Notes: a model not told the origin generated them from the letters alone. A stretch of 64,000 bases of DNA from an uncultured Gemmatimonadales bacterium (GCA_963771275.1 CAVYSW010000006.1:128001-192000), one strand, 5' to 3'; shown: positions 9,910 to 19,896, counted from the stretch's first letter. A program made the numbers and translations.

Positions 9910-10045
9910 ATATGACCTCTCTCGGCCGTCGCCGGCGCGAACGGTACCGCAGGTGGACGCAAGTCCATCAACGACAAGCTATAAATACATCTCCGCAGGG
10001 TGTTATGCGATCATGAAGCCGGTGTGAAAAAGATGGCCGGGGGGC

Positions 10046-10081
10046 ACAAAACGGAAGCCCCGGGGAGGAATCCCCGGGGCT
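10046..10081 (-). terminator. Rho-independent terminator after the M8 peptidase gene
   Basis: Perfect 11-bp stem AGCCCCGGGGA / TCCCCGGGGCT (10056-10081), followed on the minus strand by TCCGTTTTG. Confidence 0.75.
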
Positions 10082-10115
10082 CGGGCAGGCGTTCCGGAGC
10101 AGACCGGCAGGGCTG

Positions 10116-12260
10116 CTAGGGTCGGTGGATGCCCACCACCCGACCCGCTTGATCAACCCGCAGGATCGGCAGCCGGAGAATGTCATCCTTCATCTCGATC
10201 ACGCGACCCCCGCCGATCCCCTGCAGGGCCGGCGGCACGGGCCACGCGTACGAATCGGCATCCGAGTAGTTCACCAGGTAGTTCATGTCCCAGAACGACG
10301 CCAGCGTGACGATGCTCAGGGGATTCGTACCGGGGTTCAGGTACCCCGTCATGAGCTCCTGATCGAGTACCGATTCGCGCCAATGGCCGTTGACGGTCCC
10401 GGCCCCACATGGGCCGGGCGCGCCCACGCAGTTCTCGGCGGGGACCTTCGCCCCGGCGACATAGCTCGAGCCCCCGACCTGATCGAACGCCGCCAACGCG
10501 TGGGTACCGATGAAATGCGGATCGGTGATGCAATTGGTCGGGGACGGGCAAGGCCCCGCCAACAGGCTGAAGGGCGGGTTGTTCCACAGGGTGCCATAGC
10601 CAAGCACATGCCCCATTTCATGGAGAATCACGAGGCTCAACTGGCCGCTCGACTCCAGGTCCGCGAGGTCGGCCTTGTCGAAGTGCATGACGCCGAGGAC
10701 GGTGAGGCCCGAGCTGCTGCGAATGCGGCAAGGACCCGCTTGCCCCAGGACGTTGCCCGCGCCGTCGATCGAGTCGACCTTGGCGAAGATCAGGACGTCA
10801 TCCACGGTTTCATTGATCGCGGGAAGGTCCGGGAAGTCCGTCCCGCACGCAGTGCCGGCGCCGAGGTTCACGGGGATGTCCGTGAGATCGCCGAAGATCA
10901 GCGTCTGCCATTTTGCCTGGGCCGCGGCAAACGCCGCCTGCTGATTCGCCGTGGGCTGCTGCGTGCCGAAGTAGCGAATCACGATGTTGAACGCCGCGCT
11001 CTGCCCGGTGGCCGCGAAGCTCACCGGCGTCAGGGCGCCCGACGACGCCTGGACCGTGTTCGATCCGCCCCCGATCGTCCACCCGACCGACGCCAGGCCA
11101 TTCGCGTCCGTCACGGCGCTTGCGGCGGTGAGGCTGCCGCCCCCGCTGGTCACGGCGAAGTCCACCGTGACGCCCTGGACGCCGGCGCCGATCTGATCCG
11201 CCACCTTCACGGTGGGCGGCAGGTTCACGGGCTTCGCTTCGAGGCCGGTGAGGTTGTCACCCTGGACCTTGACCAGACTCGTGACGACTTGTGACGCCGC
11301 CGTTGCCGAGAACGTCGCGGGGGAGCCCCCGCTCAGACCCGCCGCCGTGGCGGTGAGGGTCTGCGCGCCCGTGGAGGCGCCCAGCGTCCATTCGACGGCC
11401 GCTCGCCCGGTGGCGTCCGTCGTCACGGTTGCCGGGCTGACGGTGCCCCCACCAGTCGCCGCCGCGAACGCCACCTGATATCCGCCGGCGAACGCGTTCC
11501 CATAGGCGTCGGTGACGCGCACGACGACCGACTCCGGGAGCGCCTGACTGGAGGTCCCGAGCTGGTTGTCTCCCGACACTTTCGCAAGGGAGTCCGCCAC
11601 GTCAGCCGTGGCCGTGGCCGTGAACTGAGCCGAGCGGTCGCCCCCGTGACGGTCGCCGTCACTCGATGCGCGGTCCCCGACACCGTCCCGAGCGTGAATT
11701 GGGTCGTCGCGCGCCCGGTAGCTCCGATCGGCACCGACGCCTGCGTCACACTCCCGTTTCCCTGCGTCACCGCGAACCCGATGCTACCGCTGGCGACCGA
11801 GCCCGGCACCACGTTCCCTTGGCTGTCCTGTGCTTCAACCTCGAGCGCGGTCCCGAGCTGTGTTCCCACCGTACCGGTCTGCGCGTCCCCGCCCGTCTTG
11901 GCGAGCTGCGCCACCACCTGCGCGACCGTCACGCTGGCGTTCGCGCTGTGCGTGCCCGACGTGGCGGTGACTTGCGTCTGTCCGTTCGCGACGGCGGTCA
12001 CCATCCCATTCGTCGTGCCCACCGTCGCGATGGCCGGATTCGCGCTGTTCCACGTGACCGTCTGGCCGGTCATGGCCTGTCCGCTCTGGTCCTTGACCGT
12101 CGCCGTGATCGTCTGGCTCGCGCCCAAGCGCGTTCAGGGTGACCGCGGTGGCACTCAGCGAGATGGACGTGGGGACCGGAACCGGCGGGCCGCTTTCGCC
12201 GCAGGCGGCAAGCGCCATGGCGGCGGCCGCGAGCAGGGCGGTCGAACGAGAGTGGTGCAT
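10116..12260 (-). CDS. Lipoprotein with bacterial Ig-like repeats and C-terminal M8 (leishmanolysin-like) zinc metallopeptidase; two frameshifts as sequenced
   Basis: ATG 12260, MHHSRSTALLAAAAMALAAC lipobox. The frame moves into ORF 11423..12127 near 12124 and into ORF 10116..11600 near 11633. Ig-like repeats (GDxQ-G...TDAxGxA). HEMGHVLG, GHWRE, ELMTG. Confidence 0.82.
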
Positions 12261-12287
12261 CGAGATTCCTGGTGAGGGGCTGGCGCC

Positions 12288-12316
12288 AAAGTAGGAGAAC
12301 CCCGACCGGAGAGCAA
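12288..12316 (-). promoter_or_regulatory. Putative sigma70 promoter of the M8 lipoprotein gene
   Basis: Minus strand TTGCTC-N17-TACTTT, 27 nt upstream of ATG 12260. Confidence 0.5.
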
Positions 12317-12324
12317 GGACGATA

Positions 12325-12453
12325 GCCGACAGCCGAGGGCCGACGGGACCGGAGCCCGATTGTGACACAGCTCACCGACGCAACCCGCCGGCTTTCAAAG
12401 CCCTGGTCGGCTCTCGGCTCTCGGCTCTCGGCTCTCGGCCATCGGTCCTTCGG
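12325..12453. repeat. Inverted heptamer tandem-repeat array (GCCGANN x3 ... CTCTCGG x4 plus 2 degenerate copies)
   Basis: CTCTCGG at 12411-12438, then CCATCGG and TCCTTCGG. Complementary GCCGACA/GCCGAGG/GCCGACG at 12325-12345. Abuts the S9 stop codon. Confidence 0.8.
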
Positions 12454-14781
12454 CTACCGCTTCAGCGTCTCCTCGAACAGTGTGAGGATCCGCTTGTACT
12501 CGTCGCGCCAGCTCGAGACCTCCGTGAACCCGTGGCGCTCGACCGGATAGAACGCGACCTGCCAGTTCTCCTTCCCCAGCTCGATGAGCCGCTGGGCGAG
12601 GCGCGCGGTGTCGTAGAACAGCACGTTGTCGTCCACCAGCCCGTGGCAGATCAGCAGGCGTCCCTGCAACCCCTCGGCGTGGAAGATCGGCGAGGAGACG
12701 CGGTAGGCGACGGAGTCGTCCTGTGGATCGTTGAGGATCGCGGACGTGTAGCCGTCGTTGTAATACGCCCAGTCGGTGACCGGCCGGAGCGCCGCGCCCG
12801 CCTTGAAGACGCCCGGGGCGGTGAACATCGCCATCAGCGTCATGAACCCGCCGTAGCTCCCACCGAAGATGCCGATGCGGGCGGAGTCCACCCCCATCTC
12901 CCGCACGAGCCACCTGGCACCGTCCACCTGATCGTCCAGATCCTTGCCGCCCATGTGGCGGTAGATCGCCACCCGCCAGTCGCGGCCGTGCCCCGCGCTG
13001 CCGCGGTAGTCGATGTCGAGCACGGTGTAGCCCTTCGACGCGAGCAGGTGGTCGAACATGTACTCGCGGTAGTAGCTGGACCACCAGTTGTGCACGTTCT
13101 GCGCGTAGCCCGCGCCATGCACGAACACCACCGCCGGTCGCTGTGCCGCCGGGGCGATGTTGGCCGTCGGCCGGTACAGCCGGGCCGGAACCCGCACACC
13201 GTCACGGCCCGGGATCATCACGATCTCGGGCTTGATCCACGGTCCCTTGCGCCACTCCTCGGTCGTGCTCTCGGTGATCTGGCGCATCAGCCGCCCGGCC
13301 CGGTTCTCCTGCACGTACAGCTCGGGCGGGTGGTTGGACACCGAGTGGCTGATAGCGAGCCACTTGCCGTCGGGCGAGACGTCGGCATCCTGCCGGCCCA
13401 CCGGGTCGGTCACCCTGGTGATGGCCCCGCCCCGGGCGGGCACGGTGTAGAGGTGCACCTCGGCGAAGCTCTCCTTGTTGGCAGTGAGGTACCACGTGCT
13501 CCCGTCCGGCGAGAGGTCGGCGCCGAGCACTTCCCACTGGCCGCTGGTGACGGGCGTGGCGTCGCCGCCGCGTGCGGGCACCGTGTAGAGGTGCGCCCAG
13601 CCCGAGCGCTCCGAGCCGAACCACACGGTCTCGCCATCCTCGAGGAACCCGCCCTGGCTGGGGATCGCCGGCCCCGGAAAACCGATCCAAGCGCTGTCGT
13701 GGTCCTGGGCGACGGTCCGCTCGGCCAGCGTGGGGAGATCCACCACCACCCAGTAGCGGTACTCGTCGTCCCGCGTCTCGACCCGAAGCAACGCGTGGGT
13801 GGACGTGGCCGATACGGCGACGCCCGCCACGCTCTTCTCCTTGCCGCCCACACTGTCCCCTACGAACGTCACCTTGCCGGTCGCGACCTCGAGCATGGCG
13901 GCGCGGCTCGTCGCTTGCGCGTCACCGACGTACGTGCGTCCGGTGTTGGTACCGATGTAGCCATCCGCGGTGATCCACAGCGGCATCTGCACGCGCTTGG
14001 CGTCGCGCGGCTGCTCCACCACGGTGAGCAGCACGAACTTGCCGTCGGGCGAGACCCGCAACCCCGCGACGTTGCGGTTCTCCCCCGGATAGAACGGCTG
14101 CGGTCGCGTGGAGTCCTCCGGCGGACTCGTGTTCCACGGCTGCTCCTTGTAGCGGCCGCTGCGGATGAAGTCGAACAGCTCCTTCTGCTCGTTCGCGATG
14201 ACCTTGCGCTGGCCCCCGGGCTCCCGCTCAGGGGGGGCGGTGCCCCGGCGGATGTCGGTGAGCTGGCGGCTCTCCGCCGTCTCGATGTTCAGCGCGAACG
14301 CGTTGCCGCCCCGCTGGAAGTACAGCGTCTTCCCGTCGGCGGACCACTGCGGGCTCGACTCCCGCTCCTGCGTGTCGGTGAGACGGCGCACGCCCTTCGC
14401 CGTCCAGAGCACGAGATCACCACGCAGCGGGAAGACGGCCCGCGTGCGGTCGGGCGACCACTCGGCGGCGCCGGCGAGGATCGTGTCGGGGTCGGCCTTC
14501 TCGAACCGCTCGGGCGCCCCGCCGGCGGGCGCGATGCGGTAGACCACGAGACTGGTGTCCACCCCGGGCTGCTGCCAGCGGAACCAGAGGTACTTCGCAT
14601 CCGGGCTCCAGCTGAACCCGCCGCCCCCGAACCCGCCGCGCAGGCCCTGCGGGGACCGGCCCACGAGCTCCGGACCCCGCATGATGTTGTCGACGGTGAG
14701 CTGGAAGTCCTGGGCCGGCGCGCGCCCCGCGCCGACCACCACCAAGAGAGCGACCACCGGGCCGATGACGCGTGCGTGCAT
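12454..14781 (-). CDS. S9 family (dipeptidyl-peptidase IV/prolyl oligopeptidase) serine peptidase, secreted
   Basis: Signal peptide, beta-propeller repeats (WSPD), VHGAG, GGSYGG nucleophile, DDNV, ERHG. Confidence 0.93.
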   Translation of the reverse strand: MHARVIGPVVALLVVVGAGRAPAQDFQLTVDNIMRGPELVGRSPQGLRGGFGGGGFSWSPDAKYLWFRWQQPGVDTSLVVYRIAPAGGAPERFEKADPDTILAGAAEWSPDRTRAVFPLRGDLVLWTAKGVRRLTDTQERESSPQWSADGKTLYFQRGGNAFALNIETAESRQLTDIRRGTAPPEREPGGQRKVIANEQKELFDFIRSGRYKEQPWNTSPPEDSTRPQPFYPGENRNVAGLRVSPDGKFVLLTVVEQPRDAKRVQMPLWITADGYIGTNTGRTYVGDAQATSRAAMLEVATGKVTFVGDSVGGKEKSVAGVAVSATSTHALLRVETRDDEYRYWVVVDLPTLAERTVAQDHDSAWIGFPGPAIPSQGGFLEDGETVWFGSERSGWAHLYTVPARGGDATPVTSGQWEVLGADLSPDGSTWYLTANKESFAEVHLYTVPARGGAITRVTDPVGRQDADVSPDGKWLAISHSVSNHPPELYVQENRAGRLMRQITESTTEEWRKGPWIKPEIVMIPGRDGVRVPARLYRPTANIAPAAQRPAVVFVHGAGYAQNVHNWWSSYYREYMFDHLLASKGYTVLDIDYRGSAGHGRDWRVAIYRHMGGKDLDDQVDGARWLVREMGVDSARIGIFGGSYGGFMTLMAMFTAPGVFKAGAALRPVTDWAYYNDGYTSAILNDPQDDSVAYRVSSPIFHAEGLQGRLLICHGLVDDNVLFYDTARLAQRLIELGKENWQVAFYPVERHGFTEVSSWRDEYKRILTLFEETLKR

Positions 14782-14835
14782 GCGTGTCTCCAGCGGGAGG
14801 ATTCGTCTGGGAACGTCCGTGCGGCGACGTGTGAT

Positions 14836-15546
14836 TCAGAATTTCACGGCGTGAACGATCACCCCGCTCGCCGTCCCGAGCAATGCCCCAGCCAGCACAT
14901 CGGAGGGAAAGTGCTTGCCGGCGGTGACGCGCATCACGCCGACGCCGGCTGCGGCCACGAAACCGAGCCAGCCCGGCGCGCCCGGGCGTCCCGTCAGGTC
15001 CCGGCGGGCGAGCCAGTACGTTGTGGCGAGCGCGAACGCCATGCTGACGTGCCCCGAGGGAAACGAGCGCAGGTTGTCGCCGTTGCCCGCGGCGGCGACG
15101 GCACCGTCCGTGTACAGGACCGGCCGCGTCCGTCCCACCGCCGCCTTGAGCATCTCGGTCGCCCCTTCGGCCCACAGGCCCGCCTGCACGGCCGCCACCA
15201 GGTACGGGGTCCCCCGCTCGCGCCGTCCCAGATCCACCGCCACGGCGGCACCGAGGCCCAGCAGCGCGACGCTGCTGGCGGTGTTCCAGGTGGGGATCGC
15301 ATCGTGCACCGCCCAGCGGTCGAACCCCGGCAGATCCGCCCGATTGCATGGCGCGCAGGGCGCACTGTCGGGACCCCAGCCGAACAGCCGGGGCGCGACC
15401 GCGAGGCCCGCCGCGACGCCGCCCGAGATGATGTCGCCGGGGCGAACGGCCGGCAGTCTGGCCGCCTGGGCCGTCAGCAGCTCCGGGAGGGCTAAAGCGC
15501 CCACCAGCAGCAAGATGCGCGATCGCGTCGAGGGCTTGTTTCCCAT
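14836..15546 (-). CDS. PAP2-family phosphatase
   Basis: C-terminal part of ORF 14836..16761, from ATG 15546. Canonical C1 KAAVGRTRP, C2 SFPSGH, C3 RVTAGKHFPSD. Confidence 0.85.
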   Translation of the reverse strand: MGNKPSTRSRILLLVGALALPELLTAQAARLPAVRPGDIISGGVAAGLAVAPRLFGWGPDSAPCAPCNRADLPGFDRWAVHDAIPTWNTASSVALLGLGAAVAVDLGRRERGTPYLVAAVQAGLWAEGATEMLKAAVGRTRPVLYTDGAVAAAGNGDNLRSFPSGHVSMAFALATTYWLARRDLTGRPGAPGWLGFVAAAGVGVMRVTAGKHFPSDVLAGALLGTASGVIVHAVKF

Positions 15547-15627
15547 CCAGGTCAACGGTACTATGCTTGGCTGATTGGGTGCCGGCGCGGCTGCCGGAGA
15601 CGTGGCTCCTGGCCGAAGCGAGGGACC

Positions 15628-16830
15628 GTGGAAACGCAGACGCTGCAACACATCGCGCTGTTCGAGAAATGTAAGGGCTTCACCCGCGCGCGCGAGGTCC
15701 AGGCAGCGGGCCTGTACCCTTACTTCAAGCCCATCTCCAAGGCCGAGGACACGGTCGTCGTGATCGAGGGCAAGGAGCGGGTGATGATGGGGTCGAACAA
15801 CTACCTCGGCCTCACGCACCACCCGCGCGTTCTCGAGGCCGCCAAGCGGGCGCTCGAGCAGTTCGGCTCCGGCTGCACCGGCAGCCGGTTCCTGAACGGT
15901 ACGCTCGATCTGCACGAGCAGCTCGAGGCGCGCCTCGCAGAGTTTTTCGGCAAGGAGGCCGGGCTCGTCTTCTCGACCGGGTACCAGGCCAACCTCGGCG
16001 TGATCTCGGGCCTCGTGGGGCGCGGCGACATCGTCTTCCTCGACAAGCTCGATCATGCGTCGATCGTGGACGGCGCCAAGATGTCGTTCGGCGAGACCGA
16101 GCGCTTCAACCACGGCAATCTCGATCAGCTCGATCTGCTGCTGCAGCGCTACGCCGACAGCGGCAAGATGATCATCGTGGATGGCGTGTTCTCGATGGAG
16201 GGCGACATCGCGAACGTGCCGGGGCTGGTGAAGCTCGCCCAGAAGCACAGCGCGGCGCTCGCCCTCGACGATGCCCACGCCGTCGGCGTGCTCGGCCCAC
16301 GCGGGGACGGCACCGCGGCGCACTACGGCCTGACGGACCAGGTCGATCTCATCGTCGGCACGTTCTCCAAGTCGCTCGCGTCGATCGGCGGATTCGTGGT
16401 CGGTGACGAGACGGTGATTCACTACCTCAAGCACCACAGCCGGCCGCTGATCTTCACCGCCGCGCTGCCGCCCGCCAACACGGCCGGGGTGCTCGCGGCC
16501 CTCGAGATCATGATCAGCGAGCCCGAGCGCCGCGAGCAGCTGTGGGAGAACGCGCGCCAGCTGCAGAAGGGGTTCCGCGAGCTGGGCTACGACATCGGCG
16601 CCACCCAGACCCCGATCGTCCCCGTGGTGATCGGCACGCTGGAGGAGACGTTCATGTTCTGGCGGCGCCTGTTCGATGCCGGCGTGTTCACCAACCCCGT
16701 GGTCCCACCGGCGGTGCCGCCGGACGGCTGCCGCCTGCGCACGAGCCTCATGGCGACGCACACGTCCCAGCAGATCGACTTCGCCCTCGACCGGTTCGCG
16801 GCCATCGGGAAGGAAATGGGGGTCATTTGA
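15628..16830 (+). CDS. spt: Serine palmitoyltransferase (PLP alpha-oxoamine synthase)
   Basis: LYPYF, GSNNYLGL, GCTGSRFLNGT, DHASIVDG, DDAH, GTFSKSLAS (SPT-type Lys motif), RPLIFTAALPP. Coupled to a bCerS-like gene. Confidence 0.85.
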   Translation: METQTLQHIALFEKCKGFTRAREVQAAGLYPYFKPISKAEDTVVVIEGKERVMMGSNNYLGLTHHPRVLEAAKRALEQFGSGCTGSRFLNGTLDLHEQLEARLAEFFGKEAGLVFSTGYQANLGVISGLVGRGDIVFLDKLDHASIVDGAKMSFGETERFNHGNLDQLDLLLQRYADSGKMIIVDGVFSMEGDIANVPGLVKLAQKHSAALALDDAHAVGVLGPRGDGTAAHYGLTDQVDLIVGTFSKSLASIGGFVVGDETVIHYLKHHSRPLIFTAALPPANTAGVLAALEIMISEPERREQLWENARQLQKGFRELGYDIGATQTPIVPVVIGTLEETFMFWRRLFDAGVFTNPVVPPAVPPDGCRLRTSLMATHTSQQIDFALDRFAAIGKEMGVI

Positions 16831-17960
16831 GCGAGGCCGCGGCGGTCCGGCCGGTACGGTCGGCCGCTGACCTACGCCGTTTCATCGCTCTACCGTACCA
16901 ATTGCACCGTGGGGACCCCTACTGGGTCCCCGCGTTGCGTCGGGACGTCCGGAAGGTGCTCGACCGGGGCAAGAACCCGTTCTTCGCGCACGCAGACGCG
17001 GAGCTGTTGCTGGCGGAGCGACGGAGCGGCGGGCGCGGCACGGTCGTCGGGCGCATCGCGGCGATCCACAACCAGGCCCACAACGACTTCCAGGGCGATC
17101 ACGCCGGGTTCTTCGGGTTCTTCGAGTGCATCGACGACCAGGGGGTCGCCAACCGGTTGTTCGACGCCGCGGCTGCCTGGCTCGAGCCCCGCGGCCTCGA
17201 CACGCTGCGGGGACCGGCCTCGTTCTCGACGAACGAGGAGTGCGGGCTGCTGGTCGACGGCTTCGACACGCCGCCGACCCTGCTGAACCCCCACAACCCG
17301 CGCTACTACGTGGGATTGGTCGAGCGCGCGGGCTTCCACAAGGCCAAGGATCTGATCCAGTACCGCCTCGAGAACCCGGAGATGCCGGAGCGGCTGATTC
17401 GGGGGGCGAAGCTGCTTGCCGAGCGGAAGCACATCACCCTCCGCCGGATCGACATGAAGCACTTCGACGCCGAAGTCGAGCAGATCAAGCGCGTGTACAA
17501 CGCGGCGTGGGAGAAGAACTGGGGCTTCGTGCCAATGACCGACGCGGAGATGGATCAACTGGCCGCGCAGCTCAAGCCCCTGGTGGTCCCCGACCTCGCC
17601 GTGTTTGCGCACCAGGGCGACAAGGTGATCGGGTTCGGGCTCGCGCTCCCCGACTTCAACGTGGCGCTCAAGACCAATCCCTCGGGCCGGTTCTTCCCCG
17701 GCATCCTCGGGATCCTGTGGGCCGCCCGCGGCATCCGCCGCATCCGCATCATCGCCCTCGGCCTGCTCAAGGAGTTCCGCGGCAGCGGCGCGGATGGCCT
17801 GCTGTATCACTGGATCTGGCAAAAGGGCTACGCGCTGGGGTATCGCTGGGGTGAGGCAGGCTGGATCCTCGAAGACAACCTCGCGATGACGAACGGACTG
17901 CTCCGCATGGGCTTCCAGCCCTACAAGACGCTGCGGATGTACGACCGCGCCCTGACGTGA
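16827..17960 (+). CDS. bcerS: Bacterial ceramide synthase (tandem GNAT-fold N-acyltransferase)
   Basis: TTG start overlaps the spt stop (TTGA). Motifs DPYWVP..NPFF, GRIAA, GFFGFFE, RGP..STNEECGLLVDGF, NPRYY, YNAAWEKNWGFVP, LPDFN, EAGWILEDN. Confidence 0.8.
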   Translation: MSEAAAVRPVRSAADLRRFIALPYQLHRGDPYWVPALRRDVRKVLDRGKNPFFAHADAELLLAERRSGGRGTVVGRIAAIHNQAHNDFQGDHAGFFGFFECIDDQGVANRLFDAAAAWLEPRGLDTLRGPASFSTNEECGLLVDGFDTPPTLLNPHNPRYYVGLVERAGFHKAKDLIQYRLENPEMPERLIRGAKLLAERKHITLRRIDMKHFDAEVEQIKRVYNAAWEKNWGFVPMTDAEMDQLAAQLKPLVVPDLAVFAHQGDKVIGFGLALPDFNVALKTNPSGRFFPGILGILWAARGIRRIRIIALGLLKEFRGSGADGLLYHWIWQKGYALGYRWGEAGWILEDNLAMTNGLLRMGFQPYKTLRMYDRALT

Positions 17961-18931
17961 GAGCGCTGGTGACGGGCGGGACCGGCTTCGTCGGGTCCCA
18001 CCTCGTGGAGCATCTCCTCGCCGCCGGTCACGAGGTCGTCTGCTACGCGCGAAACGCCGCCAAGGCCGAAGGCCTGTTCACCGAGCGTCGCCCCCAGGTG
18101 TTCGAGGGCTCGCTGTTCGACGGGGCCGCGCTGCGGCAGGCGATGACCGGCGCGGACGTGATCTTCCACGTCGCGGCGCTCACGGCCGCCCGCTCCCGGC
18201 GCGAGCTGTTCCGGGTCAACGAGGACGCGACGCGCCAGGTGCTCGCCGCGGCGCCGCCCGCACTGCGGCGCTTCGTCTACGTCAGCTCGCTGGCGGCGGC
18301 CGGACCGACGACCCGCGGCCGACAGCTCCAGGGCGGCGAGCCCGAGCGGCCGGTCACGCACTACGGCGCGAGCAAGCTGGCCGGCGAGCTCGCGGTGCGG
18401 GCGGCCCCGGTCCCCTGGACGGTCGTGCGGCCTCCCGCCGTGTACGGCCCGCGGGACGTGGAGCTGCTGCGGGTGTTCCGGATGGCGGCCAAGGGCGTCC
18501 TGCCGCAGTTCGGCGACGGGACGCAGGAACTGTCGCTGGTCTACGTCGAAGATCTGGCTCGCGCGCTCGCTGCCGCCGCGATCTCGCCCCAGACGGCGGG
18601 CCGGATCTACTACGCGACCCACCCGGACATCGTGCGCCAGCGTGCGCTGGCCGGCGCCATCGCCCGTGCCGTGCAGCCCGACCGCTCGCCGCTGATCATC
18701 GCGCTCCCGCTCCCGGTTGCCCGGATCGGCCTGTGGATCACGGGAGCGGCGGCGTACGTCGCGGGGCGGACCACCGTGCTCTCGCTCGACAAGGCCAACG
18801 AGTTCCTGGCGGGGGCGCTGACGTGCTCGCCAGCCGCCCTGGAGCGCGACACCGGTTGGACGGCGAGCTACTCGCTCGCGGCGGGTCTCGCCAAGACCGT
18901 CGCCTGGTACCGCGCGCAGCGATGGCTCTGA
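17957..18931 (+). CDS. cerR: Extended SDR NAD-dependent epimerase/dehydratase, probable ceramide (3-keto) reductase
   Basis: TGGTGFVG, SSLAA, YGASK, VYGP. GTGA overlap with bcerS. The specific function is inferred from context. Confidence 0.65.
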   Translation: MRALVTGGTGFVGSHLVEHLLAAGHEVVCYARNAAKAEGLFTERRPQVFEGSLFDGAALRQAMTGADVIFHVAALTAARSRRELFRVNEDATRQVLAAAPPALRRFVYVSSLAAAGPTTRGRQLQGGEPERPVTHYGASKLAGELAVRAAPVPWTVVRPPAVYGPRDVELLRVFRMAAKGVLPQFGDGTQELSLVYVEDLARALAAAAISPQTAGRIYYATHPDIVRQRALAGAIARAVQPDRSPLIIALPLPVARIGLWITGAAAYVAGRTTVLSLDKANEFLAGALTCSPAALERDTGWTASYSLAAGLAKTVAWYRAQRWL

Positions 18932-19797
18932 CCGCCACCGACAAACTGATCGCCGGCTATCTCGGATTCGTCACCGTGGTGCTGCTGGCGCGCGGCCCGC
19001 TCGCCGACGGCACGCCCTGGCTGCTCGCCGCGCACCTGTTGTTCGGTCTGGCGTTGCTCGCCATCCGGCGCCTGTCCCCGGGGGGCCGGGCGGGGCGCGT
19101 CGTGCATGCCTTCTACCCCCTGCTCCTGCTCAGCGCGCTCTACGGGGAGATCGGCGTGCTCAACACCCGCGTGGGCCTGGCCGCGATCCTCGGGCACGAC
19201 GCCTTGCTCCAGCGCTGGGAGGCGGCGGTCTTCGGCACGCAGGTGTCGTACGAGTGGATTCGCCAGGCGCCTTCGGTGTTCTGGTCGGGCGTGCTGCACG
19301 CGGCCTACGCGTCGTACTACCCGATGATCCTGCTGCCGGCCCCGCTCCTCGCGGCACGGGGCGACTGGGACGGCGCGCGGCGCGTCGTGTTCACGATGCT
19401 GCTGGCGTACGTGGCGTGCTACCTGGTGTTCCTGCTGTACCCGGTGGCGGGGCCCAACTATGCGTTCCCGCACCCGACCGGAGCGGTGCGCGAGGTGTGG
19501 AGCGCCCGGCTGGTGTACGCCGTGCTGAGCCGGGGGTCGTCGGTCGGTGCGGCGTTCCCTTCCTCGCACGTCGCCGCCACCGTCGCCGCCGTCGTGGCCG
19601 TGTGGCGCGCGTGGCGCCCGCTCGGCGCCGTGCTCGTCATTCCGGGCATCCTGCTCACGGTCGGCGTGGTCTACTGCCAGATGCACTATGGGCTCGATGC
19701 GCTGGCCGGGGCCGCCGTGGGAGGCGCCGCCGCGATGCTCGCCCCGCGGCTGTGGACCGCGTGGTCGGGCATGCGCGCCACCACCGCCCTCGCCTGA
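18922..19797 (+). CDS. Membrane PAP2-superfamily protein, Aur1/inositol-phosphorylceramide-synthase-like phosphotransferase
   Basis: ATG 18922 overlaps the end of cerR. Multiple TM helices. YASYY, YPVAGP, AAFPSSHVA, YCQMHYGLD. Lacks the phosphatase C1 KxxxxxxRP motif. Confidence 0.72.
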   Translation: MALTATDKLIAGYLGFVTVVLLARGPLADGTPWLLAAHLLFGLALLAIRRLSPGGRAGRVVHAFYPLLLLSALYGEIGVLNTRVGLAAILGHDALLQRWEAAVFGTQVSYEWIRQAPSVFWSGVLHAAYASYYPMILLPAPLLAARGDWDGARRVVFTMLLAYVACYLVFLLYPVAGPNYAFPHPTGAVREVWSARLVYAVLSRGSSVGAAFPSSHVAATVAAVVAVWRAWRPLGAVLVIPGILLTVGVVYCQMHYGLDALAGAAVGGAAAMLAPRLWTAWSGMRATTALA

Positions 19798-19896
19798 TCG
19801 TCACCTGAACGACGGGCGGCGGTCGGTCGGATCCGGCGCACGACACTGCCGCTCGCCCCGGGACCTGCATGCGGGCCGGGCGGCGGGATGAGTCCG

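Noticed and set aside
12411..12453. CRISPR array (also considered at 47288-47376 and 57140-57321)
   Set aside because: Units are 7-9 nt in tandem with no unique spacers, and no cas genes are present.
12532..15495. 987-aa plus-strand ORF, and similar long ORFs such as 23441..26350, 33133..35949 and 40618..42969
   Set aside because: Arg/Gly/Ala-rich antisense frames opposite well-supported genes, as expected at this GC content.
15628..16830. Annotation as BioF or Kbl
   Set aside because: The GTFSKS motif, LYPYF N-terminus and coupling to bCerS-like and SDR genes fit Spt better. No bio or tdh genes are adjacent.
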